Below, one piece after another: positions 42,010 through 52,500 of a DNA stretch of 63,586 nt (the stretch's first letter is position 1; each line of letters begins with the position of its first letter). The stretch comes from an uncultured Spartobacteria bacterium (lineage in GTDB: Bacteria; Verrucomicrobiota; Verrucomicrobiia; Chthoniobacterales; UBA6821), in NCBI GenBank assembly GCA_903868795.1, contig CAIPWR010000048.1, positions 1 to 63,586 of the forward strand. Reading direction: 5' to 3'. The position numbers and the translations under genes are program-made. The notes beneath the pieces are model-generated. The model was not told the origin of the DNA, did no database searches, and worked only from the letters and a program-made list of their open reading frames with translations.

Positions 42010-42273
42010 ATGTCCAGAAAGTGCTCCATCACCGGTTCGCGTCCCGTACGCGGTTCTAAAATTCATCGCAGAGGTCTCGCCAAGAAAAAAGGTGGCATCG
42101 GTATGCACGTCACCGCTGTGACGCCCCGCTATTTCACCCCGAACCTTCGCACCAAGCGCATCTGGGTTCCTGAACTCAAGAAATTCGTGACGGTTAAGGT
42201 CACGGCTCGCGCCCTGAAAACCATTTCGAAGAATGGTGCTCACTCCACGCTTTCGAAAGCCGGTCTGATCTAA
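42010..42273 (+). CDS. rpmB: 50S ribosomal protein L28
   Basis: MSRKCSITG...RRGLAKKKGGIG...R.F.PNL. Start at ATG 42010. Confidence 0.95.
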   Translation: MSRKCSITGSRPVRGSKIHRRGLAKKKGGIGMHVTAVTPRYFTPNLRTKRIWVPELKKFVTVKVTARALKTISKNGAHSTLSKAGLI

Positions 42274-42320
42274 CCAATCACCTTCAAACAACCCCCAACC
42301 AACAAAAGGACCCCAATACC

Positions 42321-42524
42321 ATGTCATTCAGCGTCGTCAGCAAGAAAAGCGGCAAAACTTATTTCCTTCATCAGCGCCTCCAGGAACTTCGTGGCGGTCA
42401 GAAGGTAACTCTTTACTACTTCGGTGGTGAGCCCAAGGAGGGAGCTATCGATGCACTTCCCGCCGGCTATGAGATCTCCGAGAATGAGCGCACCGGCCTT
42501 CCTCTCTTGAAGAAGAAAAAATAA
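42321..42524 (+). CDS. Conserved 67-aa basic hypothetical protein
   Basis: Clean ORF with a C/A-rich leader, followed by a terminator. Motifs GKTYFLH, LRGG, YYF and LPAGYEISENERTGLPLLKK. Confidence 0.8.
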   Translation: MSFSVVSKKSGKTYFLHQRLQELRGGQKVTLYYFGGEPKEGAIDALPAGYEISENERTGLPLLKKKK

Positions 42525-42552
42525 GCTTTTCCAAAATTTCCTCCCCGAGGAT

Positions 42553-42586
42553 ACGGGCGCCGAAGAAATTCGGCGCCCGTTTTTTG
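42553..42586 (+). terminator. Intrinsic terminator
   Basis: ACGGGCGCCGAA-GAAA-TTCGGCGCCCGT followed by TTTTTG. Confidence 0.9.
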
Positions 42587-42610
42587 TTTATGGTCAATGG
42601 AGGAGGGGGT

Positions 42611-42639
42611 TTGACCATGATCGCGTTAGCGTTTAAAAT
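42611..42639 (+). promoter_or_regulatory. sigma70-type promoter for sseA
   Basis: TTGACC-N17-TAAAAT, with the ATG starting 7 nt after the last base of the -10 box. Confidence 0.65.
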
Positions 42640-42645
42640 TTTTAA

Positions 42646-43509
42646 ATGAGCATAGATAGCAATTACGCGCATCCCGATGCGCTCGTCACAACCTCCTGGA
42701 TGGCTGACCATCTGAAAGATGCCGACATTCGCATCATCGAGAGCAATGAGGATGTCCTCCTTTATGATATGGGGCACCTTCCCGGAGCAGTTCATATCGA
42801 TTGGCAGCGCGATCTTCAGGATCACACGATTCGCGATTACATCCAGCCCGAGGCCTTTGCAGCGCTCTGCTCGAGGAATGGAATTACTCCGGAAACAACC
42901 TGCATTTTCTATGGAGACAAATCAAACTGGTGGTCCTGCTATGCCCTTTGGGTCTTCCGCCTCTTCGGTCATGAGAAGGTTAAGATTATGGATGGAGGAC
43001 GCGACAAGTGGATTGAAGAGGGCAGACCGCTTACCCGTGAGGTTCCTCACTATGAGGAGTCGGCCTATCCGGTTCCGGAAAAGAGACGGGATGCCGAAAT
43101 TCGGGCATTCTATGATGATGCACTTGCCCAGAGTCGTGCCCATCTTCCTTTGATTGATGTCCGTTCTCCTGGTGAGTTCAAGGGCCTCGTCACGCATATG
43201 CCTGAGTATCCCCAGGAGGGGGTTCTGCGCGGCGGTCATATCCCGGGAGCACATGGCGTCCCTTGGAAGCAGGCTGTGAATGCCGACGCCACCTTCAAGA
43301 GTGCTGAGGAGCTCCGCAAGATCTATGAAACCGACCTTGGTCTCAAACCCGATGATCAGATCATCGCGTATTGCAGGATTGGCGAGCGCTCAAGTCACAC
43401 ATGGTTCGTGCTGAGCTATCTCTTGGGATTTGATCATGTTCGTAACTACGATGGATCGTGGACCGAGTGGGGAAATCGTGTCGGTGCCCCGATCGAAAAG
43501 TCGCTCTAG
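42646..43509 (+). CDS. sseA: Two-domain sulfurtransferase (rhodanese, SseA/CysA type)
   Basis: GHLPGA, active-site YCRIGERS and C-terminal YDGSWTEW. Confidence 0.9.
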   Translation: MSIDSNYAHPDALVTTSWMADHLKDADIRIIESNEDVLLYDMGHLPGAVHIDWQRDLQDHTIRDYIQPEAFAALCSRNGITPETTCIFYGDKSNWWSCYALWVFRLFGHEKVKIMDGGRDKWIEEGRPLTREVPHYEESAYPVPEKRRDAEIRAFYDDALAQSRAHLPLIDVRSPGEFKGLVTHMPEYPQEGVLRGGHIPGAHGVPWKQAVNADATFKSAEELRKIYETDLGLKPDDQIIAYCRIGERSSHTWFVLSYLLGFDHVRNYDGSWTEWGNRVGAPIEKSL

Positions 43510-43520
43510 CGCCCAGGCGA

Positions 43521-43985
43521 ATGTCGTATCCCGCTAAGCTTTCTGCGATCATCGAACTTTTTTCCGGTCTTCCTGACCCGGAAAAACGCGAAACGTTGAT
43601 TGCTTATGCTGATCAGGCAAAGTCCCAGGAACCTAGGGAAGGGGAGTCGTTTGATCTTGAGGATGTGCGCAAGGATGAAGAGTGCACGGATACCGTGGCT
43701 ATCTTTCTCCGTCTTGATGAACAGGGTGGTTCTCACTTCCGGATCTCCCTGGGCCCCCAGGTGCAGACACTGACACGAGCCATGAGCTCGATCCTCTGCA
43801 AGGGGCTGGAGGGTGTTTCTCCTGCCGAAATCCTAGAAATCCCAGCGGATTTTGTTCCGAAGATCGTCGGGGCGGAGCTTGTCCGTCTGAGAAGCCAGAC
43901 CGTTTATTACCTTCTCACTCGCATCAAGAGTGTTTCCAAAGTCTGGTTGCAGCGTCAGCGCACCGCGACTCTAGATAACGGTTAA
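43521..43985 (+). CDS. SufE-family sulfur acceptor protein
   Basis: Conserved Cys in EECTDTV, GLEG.SP.EIL and LR; directly after sseA. Start at ATG 43521. Confidence 0.75.
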   Translation: MSYPAKLSAIIELFSGLPDPEKRETLIAYADQAKSQEPREGESFDLEDVRKDEECTDTVAIFLRLDEQGGSHFRISLGPQVQTLTRAMSSILCKGLEGVSPAEILEIPADFVPKIVGAELVRLRSQTVYYLLTRIKSVSKVWLQRQRTATLDNG

Positions 43986-44001
43986 CCACCTTGCGTTAAA
44001 G

Positions 44002-45066
44002 GTGCCCCGGTGTTTTCTTTTCAAGCCTGACGGGATAGGGGACTTCTTCCTGGCCTCAGGCGTGGTGCGGTTGATGGCCCGTGAGTTTGGCGAGGAAAAT
44101 CTGACGCTTGCGGTACTGCCGATGATGGAGCCGGTTGTGAGAGGGCAGTTTCCGAAGGCCGAGGTGGTGATCCTCCCCATCAGGAAGCAACGGGTCATTC
44201 TGAATGTCTTTGTTGCGAACTGCCTCCGTTGTTTTCCCTCATGGATCCAACTCCTTGGCAAAAGTGTCGATACCTCGATCTCCCTGCGTCACATGCGGGA
44301 TTATCTGCAGAGCTTTCTTTTCTACAGTGTTCGGTCCAGGAGCCGGTTTCTTGCATCGAATCTTCTTTTAGGAAACGGACGCAGGGTGCGGCGTTGGACG
44401 GAGTGCTCAATGGTCGCTCTTTTTTCTGCGGAGATAACGGAGTATCCCGAGAGAGATGTAGGCATCCCTAGAGAGATCGAAGCGAACAGGCTGCTGGCTT
44501 GCGATGTCCTTCGTCGCGGCGTTGAAGCCAGTGAAATCTGGCCTGAACTGAAAGCCGTTGAGGCCCCCCCGATCGAATCTCCCTACTTTGTCTGTGCTCC
44601 CTTCTCCAGCGACATCTGGAAGAATTTTCCCGAGCATCGGTGGATCGAACTTTTTGAGTTGCTGGATGCCCAAGGTAGGCTACGAAATCTGGTGCTGACA
44701 GGCTCCCCGGATCAACGGCAGGTTCTGGAAGTCTTCGCTGGTAAGATACGGAAGGCCCTTCCCCAGACGAAAACTACAACCACGATCATGATACCCAAGG
44801 ATCTGCAACGATTCATTGATCTCTTGGCTGGCGCCGACTGCGTGTTTACCGTGGATACGGCTGCTGCTCATGGAGCGACTGCCCTCGATCGTCGCACCTT
44901 GATTCTATTTTCCGGCCTTCATCAGGGAATGTTTGCTCCATGGACAAGGAGCCAGCGTCAGATCTGGATTCTTCCCAAGAAATCTTCCGGCGACCAGCAA
45001 TGGCATGAGGCTCATCGCACTTCGGAAATCATGGCAAGCCTTGAAGAGATTCTCGCAGCTCCTTGA
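44002..45066 (+). CDS. Glycosyltransferase family 9 (heptosyltransferase-like)
   Basis: DGIGD, K.FP..RW and DTAAAH.A.A motifs. Confidence 0.8.
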   Translation: MPRCFLFKPDGIGDFFLASGVVRLMAREFGEENLTLAVLPMMEPVVRGQFPKAEVVILPIRKQRVILNVFVANCLRCFPSWIQLLGKSVDTSISLRHMRDYLQSFLFYSVRSRSRFLASNLLLGNGRRVRRWTECSMVALFSAEITEYPERDVGIPREIEANRLLACDVLRRGVEASEIWPELKAVEAPPIESPYFVCAPFSSDIWKNFPEHRWIELFELLDAQGRLRNLVLTGSPDQRQVLEVFAGKIRKALPQTKTTTTIMIPKDLQRFIDLLAGADCVFTVDTAAAHGATALDRRTLILFSGLHQGMFAPWTRSQRQIWILPKKSSGDQQWHEAHRTSEIMASLEEILAAP

Positions 45067-45147
45067 GACATGCTCTATTTTACACTCTTAGAGATGTTTT
45101 TTGATTGCAGTTGGGGAGTAGTCGGTGTTTGATTTTCACCCCATTGA

Positions 45148-45222
45148 TCCAGCGTAGCTCAGTGGTAGAGCGGTCGGCTGTTAACCGATTGGTCGTAGGT
45201 TCGAGTCCTACCGCTGGAGCCA
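45148..45222 (+). tRNA. tRNA-Asn (anticodon GTT), CCA encoded
   Basis: Acceptor TCCAGCG/CGCTGGA, D-arm TAGCTCAGTGGTAGAGC, anticodon loop CTGTTAA, T-arm GTAGGTTCGAGTCCTAC and GCCA end. Confidence 0.97.
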
Positions 45223-45234
45223 TTTTCCCTTTCC

Positions 45235-45456
45235 ATGAAAACCCACTACATCGACGAGGCCGCCAAGGCGGTTCCCAACAAGCAGCAGCTCATCAATATG
45301 GTTAGCAAGCGTCTGCGTGAGCTCTCTGCCGGAAGTCGCCCCATGGTCGAAGTGGATCTTCAGATGGGACTTGCTGACATTGCTCTTGCTGAAATTGCAG
45401 CTGGAAAGCTCTCGCAAGAGTTTGCTTTGGATACTGATTCCGTTCAGGCGGCCTAA
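45235..45456 (+). CDS. rpoZ: RNA polymerase omega subunit
   Basis: N...L.NMVSKR.REL..G..P and DIAL.EI..GK, an omega-like pattern. Confidence 0.75.
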   Translation: MKTHYIDEAAKAVPNKQQLINMVSKRLRELSAGSRPMVEVDLQMGLADIALAEIAAGKLSQEFALDTDSVQAA

Positions 45457-45543
45457 AAACACCACGGGCATCACCGCGCTGGCATTCGGTTGGATCGGAT
45501 GCCGCATGCCGGGCGGTAAAGCTGATGTTTGATCACTCCACCC

Positions 45544-46002
45544 ATGGGTTCTGACATCGTAACCAACCGAAAAGCTTTCAGGGATTACCAGATTCTTGAG
45601 ACTTTTGAGGCAGGAATCTCTCTCGTTGGAACAGAGGTCAAGTCATTGCGTGCTGGCAGGGCTGATCTTCTGGGGTGCTTTGCAAAGGTTGAGAAGGGTG
45701 GCGTATTCCTTCATGACGCCACGATCCAAGTATATGAAAAGGCCAGTCATACAACCCATGACCCAAAGCGCCCCAGGCAGCTGCTACTGAACAAAATCGA
45801 GATTGCAAGAATGCTGGAACAAACGACCCGCAAAGGGCTGGCGCTACCCGTCCTCCGTCTCTACTGGAAGAAAGGGCGCGTGAAGGTAGAGATCGGATTG
45901 GGCAAAGGAAAACATGCGGCGGATCAGCGTCAGGATCTCAAAAAGAAAGCTGAGCAGCGGGAGACAGACCGTGAGGTTGCTCACTTCAAGCGGGGTAGAT
46001 AG
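45544..46002 (+). CDS. smpB: SsrA-binding protein
   Basis: NRKA, EAGISLVGTEVKSLR and GKGKH..D.R. Confidence 0.95.
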   Translation: MGSDIVTNRKAFRDYQILETFEAGISLVGTEVKSLRAGRADLLGCFAKVEKGGVFLHDATIQVYEKASHTTHDPKRPRQLLLNKIEIARMLEQTTRKGLALPVLRLYWKKGRVKVEIGLGKGKHAADQRQDLKKKAEQRETDREVAHFKRGR

Positions 46003-46052
46003 AAGTATTAGATCATTGTGACGACTCCCCGTCGACAGCACCATTTTTTAAA

Positions 46053-47591
46053 ATGAAGAAAGCCCCGAAGAATGACAGGCCAGATCCCAAGTCTCTGTTT
46101 CCTTCTGAAGAGAAGTTTGCCGCAGAGGCGGTGACCCATTCTGTGGTGCCTGTCTGGATCGAGTTGGTTGCCGATAGTGAAACCCCGCTTTCCGTTCTCT
46201 CCAAGCTTGGCACCTCGGAGCCCTCCTTTCTTCTGGAATCCGCGGAGCAGAGCGATCTGATCGGACGTTATTCCTTTGTCGGTGCTGGAGCGCGCGCAGT
46301 GATTTCCTCCCGTGGAGAGACGATCACCTTGACCGATCGCAACGGGACACGTTCCTGGACGGCTCCCGATCCTCTGAAGGAGCTCGAGACGCTGATGGCT
46401 GGATATCGGTGTGAGGTTCATCCTGAACTTCCCGGATTTACCGGTGGTGCCGTTGGCTATCTCGGATACGAGGCCGTGCGGAGATTCGAACCCTCAGTGC
46501 CTGCTGCTCCCCTTGATGACTTGGGAGTGCCCGAGATGCTTTTTCTCATTGCTGACACCGTTGTGGTCTTCGATCACAAGGCCAGAAGAATCAAGGTGGT
46601 CGCGTGTGCCTTTCCAAGTGAACTTGGGGTCGAAGAATCGCGTCGCGAGGCAGTGGAACGTATCTCCGCACTGCTTGGCAAACTTTCCCAGCCCCTTGCG
46701 ATGCAACCCTTTCCTGCCGGAGCTGATGCAGAACACTTGCCTATCACGAGTAATGTTACCAGAGAGGCCTTTGAAAAATCGGTAGAGGACTCCAAGGAGT
46801 TTATCCGTGCTGGTGATATCTTTCAGATCGTCCTTTCGCAGCGTTTTGCGATCCCTTACGAAGGAGACCCTCTTCACCTCTACAGGGCACTCCGCTTCGT
46901 GAATCCTTCACCCTACATGTTTTGCCTGCGACTTCCCGGAGGATTTTCTCTCGTGGGTAGCTCCCCTGAAGTTCACGTGAAGGTTACGGATGGAAACGTG
47001 CAAATCCGTCCGATTGCAGGGACACGAAAACGTGGGACCACCCCGGAGGCCGACGAAGCTCTCCGACAGGAACTGCTGGATGATCCAAAGGAACGTGCTG
47101 AGCACCTGATGCTTGTTGATCTTGCCCGAAATGACGTCGGCCGTATTTCCGAATTTGGCAGCGTGACACTTACCGACTTCATGACCGTCGAGCGTTATAG
47201 TCACGTGATGCACATTGTCTCCAATGTGGTCGGAAAACTCTCAGGGGATCATTCGCCGCTTGATGTGCTCCGCGCCACATTCCCAGCGGGAACGGTCAGC
47301 GGATCACCAAAGGTGCGTGCACTCCAGATCATCGCCTCGATGGAACCCACGACCCGCGGTAGTTACGCCGGAGCCGTGGGGTATTACGGATTCAATGGTC
47401 AGCTTGATTCCTGCATCGCGCTAAGAACCGTGCTTTTGAAAAACGGGACAGCCTATGTCCAGGCAGGGGCTGGTATTGTTGCCGATTCCAAACCCGAGGC
47501 CGAATTCGAGGAAACCGTCAACAAGGCAATGGGAGTCGTCAGGGCAGTCGAACTTGCTACAGCGACCCTCTCTAATCCTTCTGAGTCATGA
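46053..47591 (+). CDS. trpE: Anthranilate synthase component I
   Basis: [31 protein letters not shown] and QAGAGIV. Confidence 0.94.
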   Translation: MKKAPKNDRPDPKSLFPSEEKFAAEAVTHSVVPVWIELVADSETPLSVLSKLGTSEPSFLLESAEQSDLIGRYSFVGAGARAVISSRGETITLTDRNGTRSWTAPDPLKELETLMAGYRCEVHPELPGFTGGAVGYLGYEAVRRFEPSVPAAPLDDLGVPEMLFLIADTVVVFDHKARRIKVVACAFPSELGVEESRREAVERISALLGKLSQPLAMQPFPAGADAEHLPITSNVTREAFEKSVEDSKEFIRAGDIFQIVLSQRFAIPYEGDPLHLYRALRFVNPSPYMFCLRLPGGFSLVGSSPEVHVKVTDGNVQIRPIAGTRKRGTTPEADEALRQELLDDPKERAEHLMLVDLARNDVGRISEFGSVTLTDFMTVERYSHVMHIVSNVVGKLSGDHSPLDVLRATFPAGTVSGSPKVRALQIIASMEPTTRGSYAGAVGYYGFNGQLDSCIALRTVLLKNGTAYVQAGAGIVADSKPEAEFEETVNKAMGVVRAVELATATLSNPSES

Positions 47592-48157
47592 TCCTCATCA
47601 TCGATAACTACGATTCCTTTACCTATAATCTCGTCCAGTATTTCGGAGAACTAGGAGCCGATCCTGTTGTTCATCGCAACGACAAGATCAGCATTGAGGA
47701 AATCGTGGAGATGGCTCCAGACAGGATTTGCATCTCCCCGGGTCCCTGCACACCGAAAGAGGCGGGGATCAGTTGTGACGTGATTCGGACTCTTGCGGGA
47801 AAATATCCGATTCTTGGTGTCTGTCTTGGACATCAGTGCATGGGGGATGTCTACGGAGGCGAGGTGGTTCGGGCCGGGCGCTTGATGCATGGCAAGACTT
47901 CACCGATCCTTCATAACTCGCAGGATTTGTTTGCCGGACTACCCAACCCGTTCGAGGCCACCAGATACCACAGTCTGCTTGTGCGCCGGGAGAGCTTTCC
48001 CGACTGTTTGGAGATCACGGCAGAGACTGCCGAAGGAGAAATCATGGGCCTCCGGCATCGGCATCTTCCTCTCTGGGGGGTTCAGTTTCATCCTGAATCG
48101 ATCCTGACAACGCACGGCAAGGAGCTCTTGGCTAATTTCCTGCGTCTCAGAATCTGA
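47588..48157 (+). CDS. trpG: Anthranilate synthase component II (glutamine amidotransferase)
   Basis: [19 protein letters not shown] and QFHPES. Confidence 0.93.
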   Translation: MILIIDNYDSFTYNLVQYFGELGADPVVHRNDKISIEEIVEMAPDRICISPGPCTPKEAGISCDVIRTLAGKYPILGVCLGHQCMGDVYGGEVVRAGRLMHGKTSPILHNSQDLFAGLPNPFEATRYHSLLVRRESFPDCLEITAETAEGEIMGLRHRHLPLWGVQFHPESILTTHGKELLANFLRLRI

Positions 48158-48245
48158 GGGACTGCGGGCCCATGGATCTGAAGCGACCTGGTTTGTTGAT
48201 TAATCGTTGCAACTTTTCCCCAGAATAGGCCTATTACACAAATCC

Positions 48246-49508
48246 ATGACACACACTCACGACGGAGACACATCTGAGACTTTCATGGAGAGTCTCCCTG
48301 AGACATCGAATCTTCCCCCGAAACAGAAGCGTACCGGATGGATCTGGTTGGTTATCCTCTTGCTGATGATCGCGGGGGTTGCCTGGCGTCTGACTCATCT
48401 CAAGAAAGATGGTGATTCTCACGGGGGAGGGCATGGTTCCGGATCCTCCTCTCCAATTCCTGTCACGGTGACTGCCGCTACCTCTGAGGACTTTCCCGTC
48501 TATCTGGATGGTCTGGGAACAGTTCAGGCTTACAATTCCGTTCAGGTGAATGCACGTGTCTCCGGATTGATTCAGGAAATCCGATTCCAGGAAGGTCAGG
48601 AGGTGAAGCAGGGGGAGGTCCTCGCGGTGATCGATCCACGAACATTTCAGGCCCAATACGATCAGGCCGTCTCAAAAACCGCCCAGGATATGGCCCAACT
48701 GGAGAGTGCCAAGATCCTGCTTGCCCGTGATCAGGATCTTCTGAACAAGAACGTTCTCGATCATCAAACTTATGACTCTCAGAAGTACTTGGTGGCTCAG
48801 TTACAGGGGAGTGTCCAAGGCGATCAGGCCAATGAAGAGATGCAGAAATCTCAGCTCGACTGGACGCAGGTCACGGCACCGATTTCCGGACGTACCGGAG
48901 TGAAGCAGGTTGATGTTGGCAATCAGGTCACTGGTGGAGGGAATAATGCCAACGCTTCCTCCGCCATCGTCACCATCAATCAGATCCGCCCCATCTATGT
49001 CTCCTTCACCCTTCCTCAGCAGGATCTGGAGATGGTTCGTGGACCATTGCTAGCCCACAAGCCTCTGGAGGTCCGTGCGCTTGATCGCAATAATCGAACC
49101 ATCCTGAGTACTGGCACGCTTAGCGTGATCGACAACCAGATCGACACCACGACTGCCACGGTACGGATGAAAGCTGTTTTTGCCAACGAGGACTATCAGC
49201 TCTGGCCCGGACAGTTCGTGAATGTGCGCCTGCTTGTGAATCGAATCCCCGATGCGGTGGTTATTCCTTCGGAGGCGATCCAGTTAGGGCCGGACGGTTC
49301 GTATGTTTATGTCGTGGGAGCTGACAATAAGGCTGAAATGAGACCAGTGACAGTGGGAGCTGCCGAGGGAGGGATGACCATGGTGAAGGCAGGATTAAAG
49401 ATCGGAGAGGTGGTTGTGACGGATGGACAATACCGCTTGCAGCCCGACTCTCCTGTGACGACCCTCCCACCCAAATCGGGAGATCATCACCCGCTAAAGA
49501 AGTCCTGA
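48246..49508 (+). CDS. mdtA: RND efflux periplasmic adaptor, MdtA type
   Basis: N-terminal TM helix, lipoyl-like V.ARVSG..., APISGR.G, IDNQID.TT and LWPGQFVN. Confidence 0.88.
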   Translation: MTHTHDGDTSETFMESLPETSNLPPKQKRTGWIWLVILLLMIAGVAWRLTHLKKDGDSHGGGHGSGSSSPIPVTVTAATSEDFPVYLDGLGTVQAYNSVQVNARVSGLIQEIRFQEGQEVKQGEVLAVIDPRTFQAQYDQAVSKTAQDMAQLESAKILLARDQDLLNKNVLDHQTYDSQKYLVAQLQGSVQGDQANEEMQKSQLDWTQVTAPISGRTGVKQVDVGNQVTGGGNNANASSAIVTINQIRPIYVSFTLPQQDLEMVRGPLLAHKPLEVRALDRNNRTILSTGTLSVIDNQIDTTTATVRMKAVFANEDYQLWPGQFVNVRLLVNRIPDAVVIPSEAIQLGPDGSYVYVVGADNKAEMRPVTVGAAEGGMTMVKAGLKIGEVVVTDGQYRLQPDSPVTTLPPKSGDHHPLKKS

Positions 49509-49589
49509 GTCCTGAGCGAGATCCATCTGCTAGAAGGTATTCCCTGCCGTGACTGAAACGATTCACGATTTCAGTTCAGAAGCCTGACC

Positions 49590-52500
49590 ATGAATATTTC
49601 CGAGCCCTTCATTAAGCGCCCGATCGCCACCTCCCTGTTGATGGTGGCCTTGGTGCTTGTCGGAATTCTCGGTTACCGCTCTCTTCCGGTCTCGGCGTTG
49701 CCGACAGTTGATTTCCCCACAATTCAGGTAACCTCGCAGTATCCCGGAGCCGATCCCGAGGTCATGGCCTCGCTAGTGACAGCGCCTCTCGAAAAGCAGT
49801 TTGGTCAGATCAGCGGCCTCTCTTCGATGAATTCGATCAGCTCCTTGGGGACATCGGTCATCACGCTTCAGTTTGTACTCGGCAAGAATATTGATCAGGC
49901 CTCTCAGGATGTTCAGGCGGCAATCAATGCAGCGGGGGGAGTTCTCCCCCAGAACATGCCGAACCCCCCTGTCTATAATAAGGTCAATCCTGCCGATGCA
50001 CCGATCCTTACGTTGGCGATCACGTCAGAGAATCTGCCGCTGGTGAAAGTCAACGACTTCGCTGACTCGGTGTTGGCCCAGAAGCTTAGTGAAATTCCAG
50101 GGGTAGGACTTGTCACCATTCAGGGCAATCAAAAGCCTGCCGTCCGGGTGAAGGTGAACCCAGCGGCACTCGATGCCCAGGGCATCAGTCTGGAAACGGT
50201 TCGGAACACGATCAATCAGGCGAATGCGAATGCCCCTAAGGGAAGCTTCAACGGAACTCATCAGTCGTTCACGATCGGTGCCAACGACCAGATCCTGAGC
50301 GCCGAGGATCTTTCTCCATTGATTCTCGCTTACAACCCCAAGAATAACGCTCCCGTCCGTCTCCAGGATGTCGCAACAATTCAAAACGGTGTGGAGAACT
50401 CATTGATCCAGGCGTGGGTTTCAACGGCGAAGAGGCCTTACCACCAGGCGGTTCTTCTCGATATTCAGCGTCAGCCCGGCGCTAACATCATCGACACCGT
50501 TGACCGAGTGAAAGCGCTTCTTCCCAAGCTCACGGCATCACTCCCTCCGGGAATGCACATTTCGATTTTTTCCGATCGTACCGAGACGATCCGCGCTTCG
50601 GTAAAGGACGTTCAGTTCACCCTGCTCCTCACGGTGGTTCTTGTGGTGCTGGTTCTGCTTCTCTTCCTTCGGAAGATCACCGCCACCTTGATTCCAAGCG
50701 TGGCACTTCCTCTCTCGGTCCTAGGCACCTTCGCCTTCATGTATGTGGCCGGATACAGTCTCGACAACCTGTCCCTCATGGCACTCACGATCTCCACGGG
50801 ATTCGTGGTCGATGATGCCATCGTGATGATTGAGAACATCGTCCGCTATATCGAGATGGGAGAGTCTCCCTTCGAAGCCGCTCTGAAAGGAGCGCGTCAG
50901 ATAGGCTTTACTGTCATTTCACTCAGTATCTCCCTGATTGCGGTCTTCATCCCACTGCTCTTGATGTCGGGGATTGTGGGGCGACTCTTCCGTGAGTTCG
51001 CGATTACCCTGAGCTGCTCCGTGGTGGTCTCCGCCCTTGTTTCCCTCACGCTGACGCCGATGATGTGCTCCCGGATGCTTCGCCGTGAGCATCAATCTGA
51101 GCAACATAAAGAGACTGGAGTATCCGGATTCTTGGAGCATGGGTTCGAACGGCTTCTCTGGCATTATGACCGGACGCTTCTCTGGGTTCTCAGACATCAG
51201 TTCCTGACCCTGATTGTGGCGATCCTGACTTTGGTGGCCACGGCTTGGCTCTTCGTAATCATTCCCAAAGGACTTCTCCCGATCCAAGACACCGGCCTTC
51301 TGATCGGTGTTACTGATGCAGCTCAGGATATCTCGTTCAAACAAATGGCGGATCGTCAGAAAGAACTTTCCGCCGTCATCGCAAATGATCCGGATGTGCT
51401 CAGGGTTGCTGCCTTTGTCGGTACAGGGGTTGTGAATCCGACTCAGAATACAGGGCGCTTTTACATTGTTCTCAAGCCAAGGGAGGAAAGGAGGGCAATT
51501 CAACCGATCATGGAAAGGATTTCCGAAGCAGCTCACAAGGTTCAGGGGATCACCCTCTACCTGCAGCCTTCTCAGGATCTCCAGATCGACACACGTATCA
51601 GTCGAACACAATTTCAGTACCTTCTTGAGGATGTGGATCCTGCAACACTCAGAAAGTGGGTTCCTCTCTTGCTTGAAAAGCTCCGAGCCAGTCCGACTCT
51701 CGAGGATGTTGCAAGTGATCAACAGGATCTGGGATTGCAACTTGAGATCACGATCGACCGCGTAGCCGCATCGCGACTCAATGTTCCCGTACAGGCTATC
51801 GACGACACCCTCTACGATGCTTTTGGACAGCGACAGATTTCCGTGATCTACACGCAACTCAATCAATACCGGATTGTCATGGAGAACGCGGGCAAGTACC
51901 GCAACTCACCTGATGATCTCGGAAAGATTTATGTGAGTTCCACCACGGGAAAGTTGGTTCCGTTGAGCACCTTGGTCTCAGTCAAGACGCGCCCCAGTCC
52001 TCTCCTCATCACTCATCAGGGGCAGTTTCCATCAACCACAATCTCTTTCAACCTTGCTCAGGGGCATTCCCTGGGAGAGGCCGTGAAGGTGATCCAACGA
52101 GCAGAGCATTCCATCGGGATGCCTGACAGTGTCCAGACTCAATTCCTCGGGAGCGTGGCCGAGTTTCGCTCCTCGCTTGCCAGCGAACCTTTGCTGATCC
52201 TCGCCGCGATCATTGTCATCTACATCGTCCTGGGTGTGCTTTATGAAAGCTATATCCATCCGATCACCATCCTTTCCACGCTACCGAGTGCCGGGGTAGG
52301 GGCCCTGCTTGCCTTGTTTTTCTGTCATGAGGAATTTTCACTGGTTGCCCTCATCGGAATCATTCTGCTCATCGGTATTGTGAAGAAGAATGCGATCATG
52401 ATGATCGATTTCACCCTGGATCTACGAAGGCAGAGTGAGGTCACCGCCCGTCAGGCCATTTACCGTGCCTGCCTCCTTCGATTCCGGCCGATCATGATGA

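Noticed and set aside
45148-45260. tRNA-Asn as an integration site
   Set aside because: No integrase, no duplicated tRNA 3' end, and housekeeping-type genes on both sides.
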